Assembly (NCBI GenBank): GCA_964653095.1
Contig: CAZZEH010000003.1
Location: 4,651-68,650 of the forward strand
DNA: 64,000 nt
Reading direction: 5' to 3'
DNA from: an uncultured Chitinophagales bacterium
Lineage (GTDB): Bacteria; Bacteroidota; Bacteroidia; Chitinophagales; JADIYW01
In this document: positions 48,710 to 57,539 of the stretch, piece after piece
Layout: each line of letters starts with the position of its first letter
Numbering within the stretch: position 1 is the first letter of the stretch
Translations under genes and position numbers: made by a program
Notes under the pieces: model-generated
What the model saw: the letters and a program-made list of their open reading frames with translations, nothing else
What the model was told of the DNA's origin: nothing
The model's database searches: none

Positions 48710-48765
48710 TTAAAGAAAAAAGTACGCAAACCTTTCAATCTGAAAGTATCCCCTGTCAGTTTTTC

Positions 48766-49197
48766 CTATCCCTTTAAAAATGCCAGTCCGCTGGATACAG
48801 GTTCTTTCAAATCTGAAATCTTTTTCTCTCTAAAGATTTTTTCAATCAGTTCCCGGACTACTTTGTAGTCGTCATGCAAAGGACAGGGATGGCTCTCTGA
48901 GCATTCACTCAACCCCAGCCCGCAGGCTTTGAAGATATCTTCTCCTTCAATAGTTTCGACAATATTATAGATGGGCTGATTTTGCTGGAGTTCATCCAAA
49001 TAAAATCCGCCGTTGGGCCCTTTAGTACTGTTGATGATGTTTTTACGAACCAAAGTTTGCAGCGATTTACCTACGGTATGTTCGCTCGCCCCAATCATTC
49101 GGGCAATCTCTTTCACACCTGCTTTTTTCCCTTCACAACTTTTGGCAGAAAGGTAAATGACAGCTTTAATGGCAGTTTTGCAGGTGTGGCTAAGCAT
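48766..49197 (-). CDS. Rrf2-family transcriptional regulator (IscR/NsrR-like, 3-Cys cluster)
   Basis: MLSHTCKTAIKAVIYLS start, a winged helix, and CGLGLSECSESHPCPLH as cluster-ligand cysteines. Confidence 0.85.
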   Translation of the reverse strand: MLSHTCKTAIKAVIYLSAKSCEGKKAGVKEIARMIGASEHTVGKSLQTLVRKNIINSTKGPNGGFYLDELQQNQPIYNIVETIEGEDIFKACGLGLSECSESHPCPLHDDYKVVRELIEKIFREKKISDLKEPVSSGLAFLKG

Positions 49198-49199
49198 AA

Positions 49200-49532
49200 T
49201 TAATGTCCCAAGAATTCTTTTCCTTCCGGAGATATTTTAGAGAAATCCCAAGGCGGTTCGAAAATCAAATCGACCGAAATATCCCAGTCGGGAAAATCAT
49301 TGGTCAACGAATCGGTCACACTGCTCGTAATATGGTCGCCCATCGGGCAAAACTGAGTCGTCAGCGTCATGATGCATTCCAGTTTTTTGTCCGCATCCGT
49401 AAATTTCAATTCATATATCAGCCCCAGATCCACTACATTGAGTCCGACCTCAGGGTCATCTACATAATACAGACCTTCCAGTGCTTTATTACACTTTTCG
49501 CGGTCATTGGTTACAGGTAAGTCCTCTCTCAT
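49200..49532 (-). CDS. DUF59-type metal-sulfur cluster assembly factor
   Basis: DPEVGLNVVDLGLIYE and the TTQFCPMGD motif. Confidence 0.7.
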   Translation of the reverse strand: MREDLPVTNDREKCNKALEGLYYVDDPEVGLNVVDLGLIYELKFTDADKKLECIMTLTTQFCPMGDHITSSVTDSLTNDFPDWDISVDLIFEPPWDFSKISPEGKEFLGH

Positions 49533-50809
49533 AATTTTGTTGGTTGATGAAAAATAATTTTTCCGGTATTTACCGTATATAACAGGGCGGACAACAATAA
49601 CAATACGGCTCCTCCCTGAAGCAGATAAGATATTTTAAACAGCAATCCGAGTGCAAATACCACAAACCCTAAAAGATACGTGATTTGCATTCCTCTGTAT
49701 ATTTTTTCGTGAAATAAATCTTTTGGCGCAGGGGTTTTCCCTTTGTGTGCTTTTTTATAGTACACTACATTCCAGACTATAAAAGGCAGCGTTTTAAACG
49801 TCATACCCAAAATGATAGCAGTAATCCAGCCAAACAAAATACAAAAGCCGTATAAAGTAGCTAATTGCACCGTGGCTCCGTCAGGAAGTACTGCTATGGA
49901 ATAAATCATAATTAATACCGGCAGCAGCATTTGAGCGACCGAAAAAAGAGATGTTTTCATCTGTTCGTCCACTGCCTTGCGTATTCTCACTTTATAGGAA
50001 TGATAACAATAATGTCCGAACAGCGTAATCCCTGCCAAAACTGTAAGTGCAGTAAAACAGTAAAATTTTAGCGGAGCTTCCATGAGTTTGAACAAAACGA
50101 ATGAAATCAGACTTGCATTTAACAATCCGAAAACCCACCACAAGGTACGGTCACTCTTATACTTGGAAATCAGAAACATCGGAATCAGACGGGAACCCAC
50201 TCCAAAAACCATCATGAGAAACCAGCCCATCAGTCCCATGTGTGCATGCAGAGACAAATAGTACACAGAGCCTTCATTCAATACACTTTTTGTAAAGTTA
50301 AAGACTAACAGCATACCGAAAAAGGTAGTTGATAACAGCCACAAGGATGCCGCCATCATAAACCAGGCGTGTACATTTCGACTCACTCCTTTAAATGCAC
50401 TCACGAATACATTGACCACATAAAGTCCTACTCCCACATTCACTAACACTGCACCTATTTGGAGTATCAATCCCAATTGGAAAGTATAAAATCCATATAC
50501 AAGCAACGGAATTCCAATTGCTGTACTGCCCAATGTCAGATAAGCAAGTGGGTCACTGTCTAACTTACTCTCTATCAATACCGGAAGCAGTTGATGAGAA
50601 GCTCCGAGGATAATCATCGTGCCCCAGCCAAGTGCCATGGTATGTACAATGGCAAGTGTTTTAGGATTGAAATAGTGGCCTTTTAAAACGGATGTATGTA
50701 ACAAAAGCAAAATCGTACCTACAATAAATGAAATAGAAGCATACGCATAAAACGGTATGACTACTCGATAATTAGTCGTCTGCTGTAATCCGCCAATCGG
50801 AATGAGCAT
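49529..50809 (-). CDS. 12-TM integral membrane protein with conserved His pairs (heme-copper-oxidase-subunit-I-like or NnrS-like?)
   Basis: 426 aa and very hydrophobic. His contexts HTMALGWG..SHQLLP and HAHMGLMGW. The family call is tentative. Confidence 0.5.
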   Translation of the reverse strand: MLIPIGGLQQTTNYRVVIPFYAYASISFIVGTILLLLHTSVLKGHYFNPKTLAIVHTMALGWGTMIILGASHQLLPVLIESKLDSDPLAYLTLGSTAIGIPLLVYGFYTFQLGLILQIGAVLVNVGVGLYVVNVFVSAFKGVSRNVHAWFMMAASLWLLSTTFFGMLLVFNFTKSVLNEGSVYYLSLHAHMGLMGWFLMMVFGVGSRLIPMFLISKYKSDRTLWWVFGLLNASLISFVLFKLMEAPLKFYCFTALTVLAGITLFGHYCYHSYKVRIRKAVDEQMKTSLFSVAQMLLPVLIMIYSIAVLPDGATVQLATLYGFCILFGWITAIILGMTFKTLPFIVWNVVYYKKAHKGKTPAPKDLFHEKIYRGMQITYLLGFVVFALGLLFKISYLLQGGAVLLLLSALLYTVNTGKIIFHQPTKL

Positions 50810-50812
50810 TTC

Positions 50813-51664
50813 TTATTTTTCTTTATAAATGATTAAATAAACTTCTCCCTCTTGTACATCTTTTATCCTGTACTCAAATTCACGGTCTTTCAATTCTGAA
50901 AGCAGAAATACCGGAACCTTTTTGTGATTTACATACAAAGCTTTGTCCTCCGGGAGTGTCTCCAAATTTTCCAAAATCGTCATCATCGGCATAGGCATTT
51001 CCAGGTGACGTACATCTATTTCTCTCATTCTGCCCTGAAAGTGTGCAAGTACTTCATCCCAATCTGAAGAAGTAGAAATCTCTGCCACTAATTCCGGAAC
51101 CTTGTCATCCGGACTCGCATTAATCTTAAAGAAAAAGGTTTCAATCGTGTCTTTGTCCACAAAATGTACGTGGCTGTCAAAACCCTGTTTTTCCAATAAT
51201 TTGACCAACGGTACCGGTTCAAAGTCGGTAATAATTTTAAGAGCCTCGCCCGGGTTGAGCGCTTTAACTTTTTGCTGAATATTTCTCAGCGGGTCTTTTC
51301 CCTCCGCAATAATCTGACGGACATCAAAGTCTATAATCTGTTCGGATTTTAAAGATTTCAAATAGTCCGGCATAGGTTTATTTTCGGGTATATCTTCTTC
51401 TACGACTGAGTCGCGGTCTACCTCAAAACCCAGTGGTTCCAATGCTTTAAAAAAATCTTCCGGCGTACACCCTCCCATTTTGGATGCCATACTTATACTG
51501 GTCCTTCCTGCCATTAGCTTGCGCAATACGGGGTTTCTCAACTTCTTAAAATCCGGACTCAGTGTGATAATGGTTTCCAAAGCATCCGGATGATGTTTGA
51601 GCAGTTTCGCTATTTTAGTTTTTTCGTTAATCAGCATATTTTTATTTTTAAAATTTTCTTTCAC
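50813..51664 (-). CDS. DUF1858 + DUF2249-like domain protein
   Basis: N-terminal IAKLLKHHPDALETII..LRNPVLRKLMA (DUF1858-like), followed by two small alpha/beta modules. Confidence 0.55.
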   Translation of the reverse strand: MKENFKNKNMLINEKTKIAKLLKHHPDALETIITLSPDFKKLRNPVLRKLMAGRTSISMASKMGGCTPEDFFKALEPLGFEVDRDSVVEEDIPENKPMPDYLKSLKSEQIIDFDVRQIIAEGKDPLRNIQQKVKALNPGEALKIITDFEPVPLVKLLEKQGFDSHVHFVDKDTIETFFFKINASPDDKVPELVAEISTSSDWDEVLAHFQGRMREIDVRHLEMPMPMMTILENLETLPEDKALYVNHKKVPVFLLSELKDREFEYRIKDVQEGEVYLIIYKEK

Positions 51665-51796
51665 TTCACAATTCTCTGTATCGACACATTTTAAACAATC
51701 TCTTGCCGGTTTTGATTAAATTTTTGGAGAAAATTACATCTGCACAAACAAAAAGCCCTACTCCGGTGTGAAGCAGGGCTCATCGAGTCAAACTAA

Positions 51797-53518
51797 TTAC
51801 ACCAGAGTTTTTTCCAGTTCAATAGTTTTTGGGAAAAGTATATTGTTTTCCAAATGGATATGCGTGTACAAATCATGCTCCATGTCGTGCAACATCCTGA
51901 ATGTAAGCTGATAAGTCGTACATCCGTCCGCAGGAACTGTATAGTGATCACTTAATCTGTTGATTTCTTTCATGATATCTCCCACTTCTTCGTGCTCGCC
52001 AATGTGTTCATTCACTATAATGGCAAATTTATCGTTACCCGTTCTGTTGTACGGCGTACCGTTATTCTTTGCCTGTACCACTTCTTTCAAAATCGGGAAC
52101 AGCCTGTTCTCTTCATCTTCCATGTGGTCATACAGTTCTCTTGCTACTTTGTCCACCAGCACTTTGATTTGCAGAAGTTCAGGATGGTTTGGTCCGTGTA
52201 CCTGAGCAATTTTAGCTGCAAATCTTTCAATTTCAGGTAGATTTTTACGTACGTATGTGTGATGAATATTTACAATATAATCTGCTAAGAAATCCAGATT
52301 CATATCATTGTAATTCATTCCGCTTACTCCGCCTCCTTTGGACTTCTTGAGAGCTTCCTCCACTTCTGCCGGGTCTAACCCCATTTCTGCACAGGCTTGT
52401 TGGATAGTTTTTTCGCCATTGCAGCAGAAATCAATTCCAAACTCCATAAACACATCCGCCTTACCAATGTCTTTGGCCACAATCTGACCGATAGTTTCCG
52501 CATCTTCCTCTTCTTTCTGCGTCACCCGAATATCCCACCATTCCGGACCTTCCTGCAGATACTCCCAAGTGAAGACATCTCCGTGCATTCCCTGCAATTG
52601 GTAAAACACCGGCTTAGGGTCATGATCGTTGTGAATAATGAAAGATTCTCCGCCTTTCAGATTTTCAAATGCCTGAAAAATTGTGGCGTGTTTTTGTCTG
52701 TGGTCCAAGATAGAAGGTACGTCAATCACTAATTCGCCTTCTCTTCCGATTGTTTGTGTATTTTCCATAATTGTTGATTTTTTTGTAACTCTGATATCCC
52801 ACCAGTCCGGTCCTTCCTGCTCATATTCCCAGGTAAAAGTCTCTCCGTGCATATCCAATAACTGGTAATATACCGGAATCGGGTCGTGGTCATTGTGAAT
52901 AATAAAAGATTCTCCCGGACTCAAATCCTCATAGGTATGAAAGATGGTCTGGTGTTTAAATCTCGGTTCAATGGTGGGTACGTTGATAATGATATCTCCT
53001 TTTACGTTCTCATCATTTCCAGCCGGCACTTTTAATCCTACCCGCACATCCCACCATTGAGGTCCTTCCTGAAGATAATCCCAGGTGAACGCGTCGCCTA
53101 TCAGACTTTTCAGCTGATAATAGAGCGGTTTGGGGTCGTGGTCGTTATGAATAATCAGACTTTCGCCCGGTTCAAGGTTCCCGATAGACCTGAAAATGGT
53201 ATCGTGTTTAAGTCTCGGCTCCAAAGAAGGGACGTTAATCACCAATTCTCCTTCTTTTGCACTTTCTACTGCCGTATCTCCGGTTGTTTTGGTCACCCGA
53301 ATATCCCACCATTCCGGACCCTGCTGAAGATATTCCCAAGTGAAGACATCTCCGTGCATACTTTGCAGTTGATAGTACACCGGTTTAGGGTCATGATTGT
53401 TGTGAATAATCAGACTTTCACCATTTTTTAGACCGTCAAATACCTGAAAGATAGTCTGATGTCTGTACATAGGTTCTATCTCCTGTACATTGATAACTAT
53501 ATCATTTTTCGTTTCCAC
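51797..53518 (-). CDS. fusion of four DUF2249 repeats with a RIC/ScdA-YtfE-type di-iron Fe-S repair domain
   Basis: Four ~85-aa repeats each carry GES(L/F)IIHN(N/D)HDP.P(V/L)(Y/F)YQL...FTW(E/D)Y..(E/Q)GP.WWD(I/V)RV. These are followed by FGIDFCCNGEKT (ScdA_N) and a hemerythrin-like H/E-rich tail. Confidence 0.75.
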   Translation of the reverse strand: METKNDIVINVQEIEPMYRHQTIFQVFDGLKNGESLIIHNNHDPKPVYYQLQSMHGDVFTWEYLQQGPEWWDIRVTKTTGDTAVESAKEGELVINVPSLEPRLKHDTIFRSIGNLEPGESLIIHNDHDPKPLYYQLKSLIGDAFTWDYLQEGPQWWDVRVGLKVPAGNDENVKGDIIINVPTIEPRFKHQTIFHTYEDLSPGESFIIHNDHDPIPVYYQLLDMHGETFTWEYEQEGPDWWDIRVTKKSTIMENTQTIGREGELVIDVPSILDHRQKHATIFQAFENLKGGESFIIHNDHDPKPVFYQLQGMHGDVFTWEYLQEGPEWWDIRVTQKEEEDAETIGQIVAKDIGKADVFMEFGIDFCCNGEKTIQQACAEMGLDPAEVEEALKKSKGGGVSGMNYNDMNLDFLADYIVNIHHTYVRKNLPEIERFAAKIAQVHGPNHPELLQIKVLVDKVARELYDHMEDEENRLFPILKEVVQAKNNGTPYNRTGNDKFAIIVNEHIGEHEEVGDIMKEINRLSDHYTVPADGCTTYQLTFRMLHDMEHDLYTHIHLENNILFPKTIELEKTLV

Positions 53519-53695
53519 TATTTTTTAAAGTTAGTTGTTATTTAAAATCATTCCAAATATAGAAAAGATTTTTAAATAAAAGTATTGCAATGCTTCTATA
53601 GGCTTATTAAAATTATGTTATCAAATCTTATGGAGTTTTGGTGACAAAAAAATTGAAGAAATTATGATACAGAGCTGAAAGAAATTTTATCCTTT

Positions 53696-54439
53696 TTACA
53701 AAATCAATCCGCCGTCTGCTCCGAGTACAGCTCCGGTAATATATCCGCTCAAGTCAGATGCGAGAAAGACATATACATTTGCAATTTCTTCCGGTCTGCC
53801 CAAACGTTTCAACGGTATCTTTTCTGAAATTCCGTTTAAAATATGCTCCGGCATAGCCCTGACCATATCCGTCAACACGAAACCGGGTGCCACTGCATTG
53901 ACTCGTATGCCTTTTCTGCCCAATTCTTTAGACATTGTTTTAGTCATGGCTATCAGCCCGCCTTTTGCAGCCGAATAATTGATTTGACCAAAATTTCCGT
54001 AAATTCCGACAATAGAGGACGCATTGAGAATGACTCCGCTTCCCTGATGGATCATGGAAGAGCTGACTGCTTTCACACAGTTATACACCCCGGTCAGATT
54101 GACATCTATGACCTGTTGCCATTGCTCGGAATTCATTTTGGACAAGGTCGCATCGCGGGTAATACCTGCATTATTCATTAATATATCTATTCGCCCGTAT
54201 TGACTTAAAGTTTCCTCTGTCGCCTGCTGCACTTCGTCAATATCTGACACATCTGCCCTCAGAAATGAAACCTGAAAGTCATCGGCCTGAAGCTCTTTTA
54301 TCGTCTGTCGTCCGGCACTTACCGCAAGATCCCAAATAATTACCCGGGCTCCTTCTTCACAAAATCTTCTGACGGTTGATTTCCCTATTCCGTTTGAGCC
54401 ACCTGTAATAATCGCGGTTTTATCTTTCAACAATCCCAT
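53696..54439 (-). CDS. SDR oxidoreductase (FabG-like 3-oxoacyl-ACP reductase)
   Basis: TGGSNGIG, NNAG and YSAAK motifs in a 247-aa protein. Confidence 0.8.
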   Translation of the reverse strand: MGLLKDKTAIITGGSNGIGKSTVRRFCEEGARVIIWDLAVSAGRQTIKELQADDFQVSFLRADVSDIDEVQQATEETLSQYGRIDILMNNAGITRDATLSKMNSEQWQQVIDVNLTGVYNCVKAVSSSMIHQGSGVILNASSIVGIYGNFGQINYSAAKGGLIAMTKTMSKELGRKGIRVNAVAPGFVLTDMVRAMPEHILNGISEKIPLKRLGRPEEIANVYVFLASDLSGYITGAVLGADGGLIL

Positions 54440-54451
54440 TTTTTTCTGATT

Positions 54452-55177
54452 TTATGATACTGAATCCGCATATCCCGTCAATGTAAGAATGTACTGGTCG
54501 ATATAAAGTTGTTTGTCCTTTGACCGATACTGCTGAATATATCTCGGATGATCCAATGCAATAATTCTGTCAAACATTTTTTCTTCTTCATTGAGCAGTT
54601 TAATAAAATCCGCACCCTTTTTTCCAAGTACATATACTTCCGATGTATCAAGCCCTAAACTGATATGATCTTTTAAAGATTGTATCATAAATTTTTTCAC
54701 ACATTTAAAAAGCTTTTTACTGTCGTAATAGTTTGCATTCAGCCAGCTCCCATTTTTGGATTTCTGTACAATTGCGAGAGGAAAAGGTGAATTGATATAA
54801 AAATCTTTATAAAACTTCTTCGGGCCTCCGTATTCTACAATCACATCATACAAAAAGACCGAAGACACTTCGTGGGTGTATGCCGAATGCATTTTTATTC
54901 CGCAAATTTGATCCAATCGCTTGGTATCTGTAAAAGGCACCCCGGTTACTCCCGCTCCTTTCCGGCTCGGATTAATACCTATAATAAACTTGCGCTTATG
55001 ACGGTCATGATAATATTTTTGATAAAAAGCTTTCATGACTTCCATCGTTTCGGGATTGTCCATAAACGGATTCAATACCCTGAAACCGTCCGGAAGCGGT
55101 CCGGTATAATTCAGCTCGGCGTTATAACGGACTACCCGTTCTCCAAAAGTTTCCACTAAATCAATTTTAAAATTCAA
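54452..55177 (-). CDS. uracil-DNA glycosylase superfamily protein (DUF4918 / SMUG2-like)
   Basis: GINPSRKGAGVTGVPFTD resembles motif 1 of that family. Confidence 0.5.
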   Translation of the reverse strand: MNFKIDLVETFGERVVRYNAELNYTGPLPDGFRVLNPFMDNPETMEVMKAFYQKYYHDRHKRKFIIGINPSRKGAGVTGVPFTDTKRLDQICGIKMHSAYTHEVSSVFLYDVIVEYGGPKKFYKDFYINSPFPLAIVQKSKNGSWLNANYYDSKKLFKCVKKFMIQSLKDHISLGLDTSEVYVLGKKGADFIKLLNEEEKMFDRIIALDHPRYIQQYRSKDKQLYIDQYILTLTGYADSVS

Positions 55178-55297
55178 TGTGAATATAACAACAACTGCGA
55201 AGACATGCCCAAAGTTTAATTTTGGATGAAATTGTCAAAATATTCCAATAATCTACTAACTGCCGAACAAATTAGAGTCGATATGGTTGAACAGTCA

Positions 55298-55305
55298 TAT
55301 CTTTG
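55298..55305 (+). promoter_or_regulatory. Bacteroidota-type -7 box TATCTTTG
   Basis: TAnnTTTG 33 nt upstream of the start at 55339. Confidence 0.5.
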
Positions 55306-55338
55306 CGTAACAGATTTTAAAAAATAAATTAAATTAAA

Positions 55339-56079
55339 ATGCCAATAGAAGAATTAGATGTAAGAGTACTTGTTCCGATTCAGAGACATGAAAAATTAAT
55401 CGCTTTATTCCGGGATTTGCCGGTAGATGAAAGCTTTATTTTCATCAACGATCACGATCCGTTGCCGTTATATTATGAATTCCGTTCCATTTTCGGAGAC
55501 GTGGTAGATTGGGAATATCTCAATCGGGGCGGCAGAGAATGGAAGGTCAAAGTCACCCGAACCGAAGAGTCGCTGGGACGTGAATTTACAGACATTTCCA
55601 CACTTTTGGATTTGAGAAAAGCAGATAAGAAAGATTGGAAACAAGTCGTCTTTCACCGATACGGAATGATGGAGCAGGATACCACTATGGAATTGATTGC
55701 TACAGAAGATTTGAAAGAAATACACGGGATATTTGTTAATAAATTTGACGGCAAACACAAATGGGTATATAAGAAACAGGGGCCGGACGAATATGTGGTA
55801 CACCTGACCAAAACAATTATGACCGGATTAGGCGACGACGGTTTCTCCGTAGTCAATGAAATGGACATCCGCCCGTATCCTCCGACAGAGAGACACGAAA
55901 TGTTTTACAAAGCATTTGCCGATATCAAACCGGGCGAGGCTTTTGAATTTGTGAATGATCACGACCCGCTTCCGCTATATTACCAAATGGAAGCTGAAAG
56001 CAAAGACCCTTTCCGTTGGGAGTATATAGAGAAAGGTCCGGAAGTATGGAAAGTACGGGTTATCAAAACAAAAGAGTAA
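55339..56079 (+). CDS. protein with two DUF2249 repeats
   Basis: The signature (I/V)NDHDPLPLYY..W(E/D)Y...G...WKV.V occurs twice. Confidence 0.65.
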   Translation: MPIEELDVRVLVPIQRHEKLIALFRDLPVDESFIFINDHDPLPLYYEFRSIFGDVVDWEYLNRGGREWKVKVTRTEESLGREFTDISTLLDLRKADKKDWKQVVFHRYGMMEQDTTMELIATEDLKEIHGIFVNKFDGKHKWVYKKQGPDEYVVHLTKTIMTGLGDDGFSVVNEMDIRPYPPTERHEMFYKAFADIKPGEAFEFVNDHDPLPLYYQMEAESKDPFRWEYIEKGPEVWKVRVIKTKE

Positions 56080-56346
56080 ACCATTTCTTTAATATAGGTT
56101 TCAATAACGTTTAGTTCACAAAATGAACTGCTTTCAGTTCGACAGGCTCACTGACCGCAGTATGACATTAATATAGTTTAGGGAACAGCCCAACCGTCGG
56201 CAGTAATTTGTCCGATTGTGTTGGGCTGTGTATTTGCAGCGGATATCTTCCATAATTTTGCTGACAATTAGCCTGTTCATTAGTCAGACTATTGTATCTT
56301 CGCATTTCAGCAAAAAAATAAGCACTCTATTTTAAAACTTAGGGGA

Positions 56347-56745
56347 ATGAGGATAGATAATTTAAAAAGGGCGGATATTTCTGAAAATACTTTGGAATGG
56401 CTCAAACGGGTTTACGTAGCGGTAGATGCAAAAGATGCCGTACAGTTCGGCTCTTTTTTTTCTGAGAAATGTGAACTGGTATTCGGGAATAATCCGGCTC
56501 TCGGCAGCAGGGAACTGATTGTGGAAGTGATTCGGGATTTCTTTAGCGGACTTAAAGGCCTCGACCACTCCTTTATCAATATCTTAGGCTCTGATGATTA
56601 CTTTGCAGCTGAAACTGTAATTGACTATACGAGATTGGACGACAAAGTGGTTACGGTACCTGCCGTGACAATTATCGAAAGAGATGATTCCGGTGCCTGC
56701 ACCTCTTTGAGAATTTTTATCGACCTGACTCCGGTGTATCAATAA
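56347..56745 (+). CDS. NTF2/SnoaL-like fold protein
   Basis: The size and alpha+beta cone pattern fit, but there are no strong motifs. Confidence 0.45.
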   Translation: MRIDNLKRADISENTLEWLKRVYVAVDAKDAVQFGSFFSEKCELVFGNNPALGSRELIVEVIRDFFSGLKGLDHSFINILGSDDYFAAETVIDYTRLDDKVVTVPAVTIIERDDSGACTSLRIFIDLTPVYQ

Positions 56746-56803
56746 AGACTTCTAATCCGCCAAACTTTATCAAAAAATAGTTTATTCCTTTCAAATAAAT
56801 ATT

Positions 56804-57538
56804 ATGTCAAATCAAAAAACAGTAACTCCATACGGTGGTCAGCCCGAAGAAAAGAAGAAGGAAGTTGCAGAAATGTTTGACAATATTGCCCCAAAGTATG
56901 ATTTTCTGAATCATCTGCTGTCTATGGGTATTGATAAGCTCTGGCGGCGAAAAGTAGTTAAAATCATTCGCTCACATCAGCCCAAACATATTTTGGATGT
57001 GGCTACCGGTACAGGAGACCTTGCTATCGCTTTGATGAATGCGGGTCCTGAAAAAATAACCGGAATAGATATCTCGGCAGAAATGCTGGAAGTAGCCGGA
57101 AAAAAAGTTGCTTCCGCCCGATTAGAAAACAAAATCAGTCTGCAATTGGGCGATTCCGAAAAAATTAATTTCCCTGACGATAGTTTTGATGCAGTCACTG
57201 TCGCATTTGGAGTCAGGAACTATGAAAATCTGAAACGCGGTCTGTCAGAAATGCATCGGGTTCTGATGCCAAAGGCTCCCTTGGTAATATTGGAATTCTC
57301 CAAACCCAAAAACAGATTTTTCAGATGGATATATTTTTTTTATTTCCGAAATGTACTTCCACTCATCGGCAAGTTAGTCTCCAAAGATTCCAGAGCATAC
57401 ACCTATCTCCCCGAGTCCGTAGAAGCTTTCCCGGACGGAGCAGATTTTATAGACATCCTGAAAGAAACGGGATTTAATACCGTTAAAAGTACGCCTCTAA
57501 CTTTCGGTATTGCCACAATTTATACGGCTGTAAAATAG
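56804..57538 (+). CDS. ubiE: demethylmenaquinone / ubiquinone C-methyltransferase
   Basis: FDNIAPKYDFLNHLLSMGIDKLWRR and the SAM motif LDVATGTGDLA. Confidence 0.9.
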   Translation: MSNQKTVTPYGGQPEEKKKEVAEMFDNIAPKYDFLNHLLSMGIDKLWRRKVVKIIRSHQPKHILDVATGTGDLAIALMNAGPEKITGIDISAEMLEVAGKKVASARLENKISLQLGDSEKINFPDDSFDAVTVAFGVRNYENLKRGLSEMHRVLMPKAPLVILEFSKPKNRFFRWIYFFYFRNVLPLIGKLVSKDSRAYTYLPESVEAFPDGADFIDILKETGFNTVKSTPLTFGIATIYTAVK

Positions 57539-57539
57539 G

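Noticed and set aside
18680-48720. Calling the AT-rich accessory region a mobile element or genomic island with defined ends
   Set aside because: I could recognise no integrase, transposase, tRNA gene or direct repeats at the borders, so only compositional and contextual hints remain.
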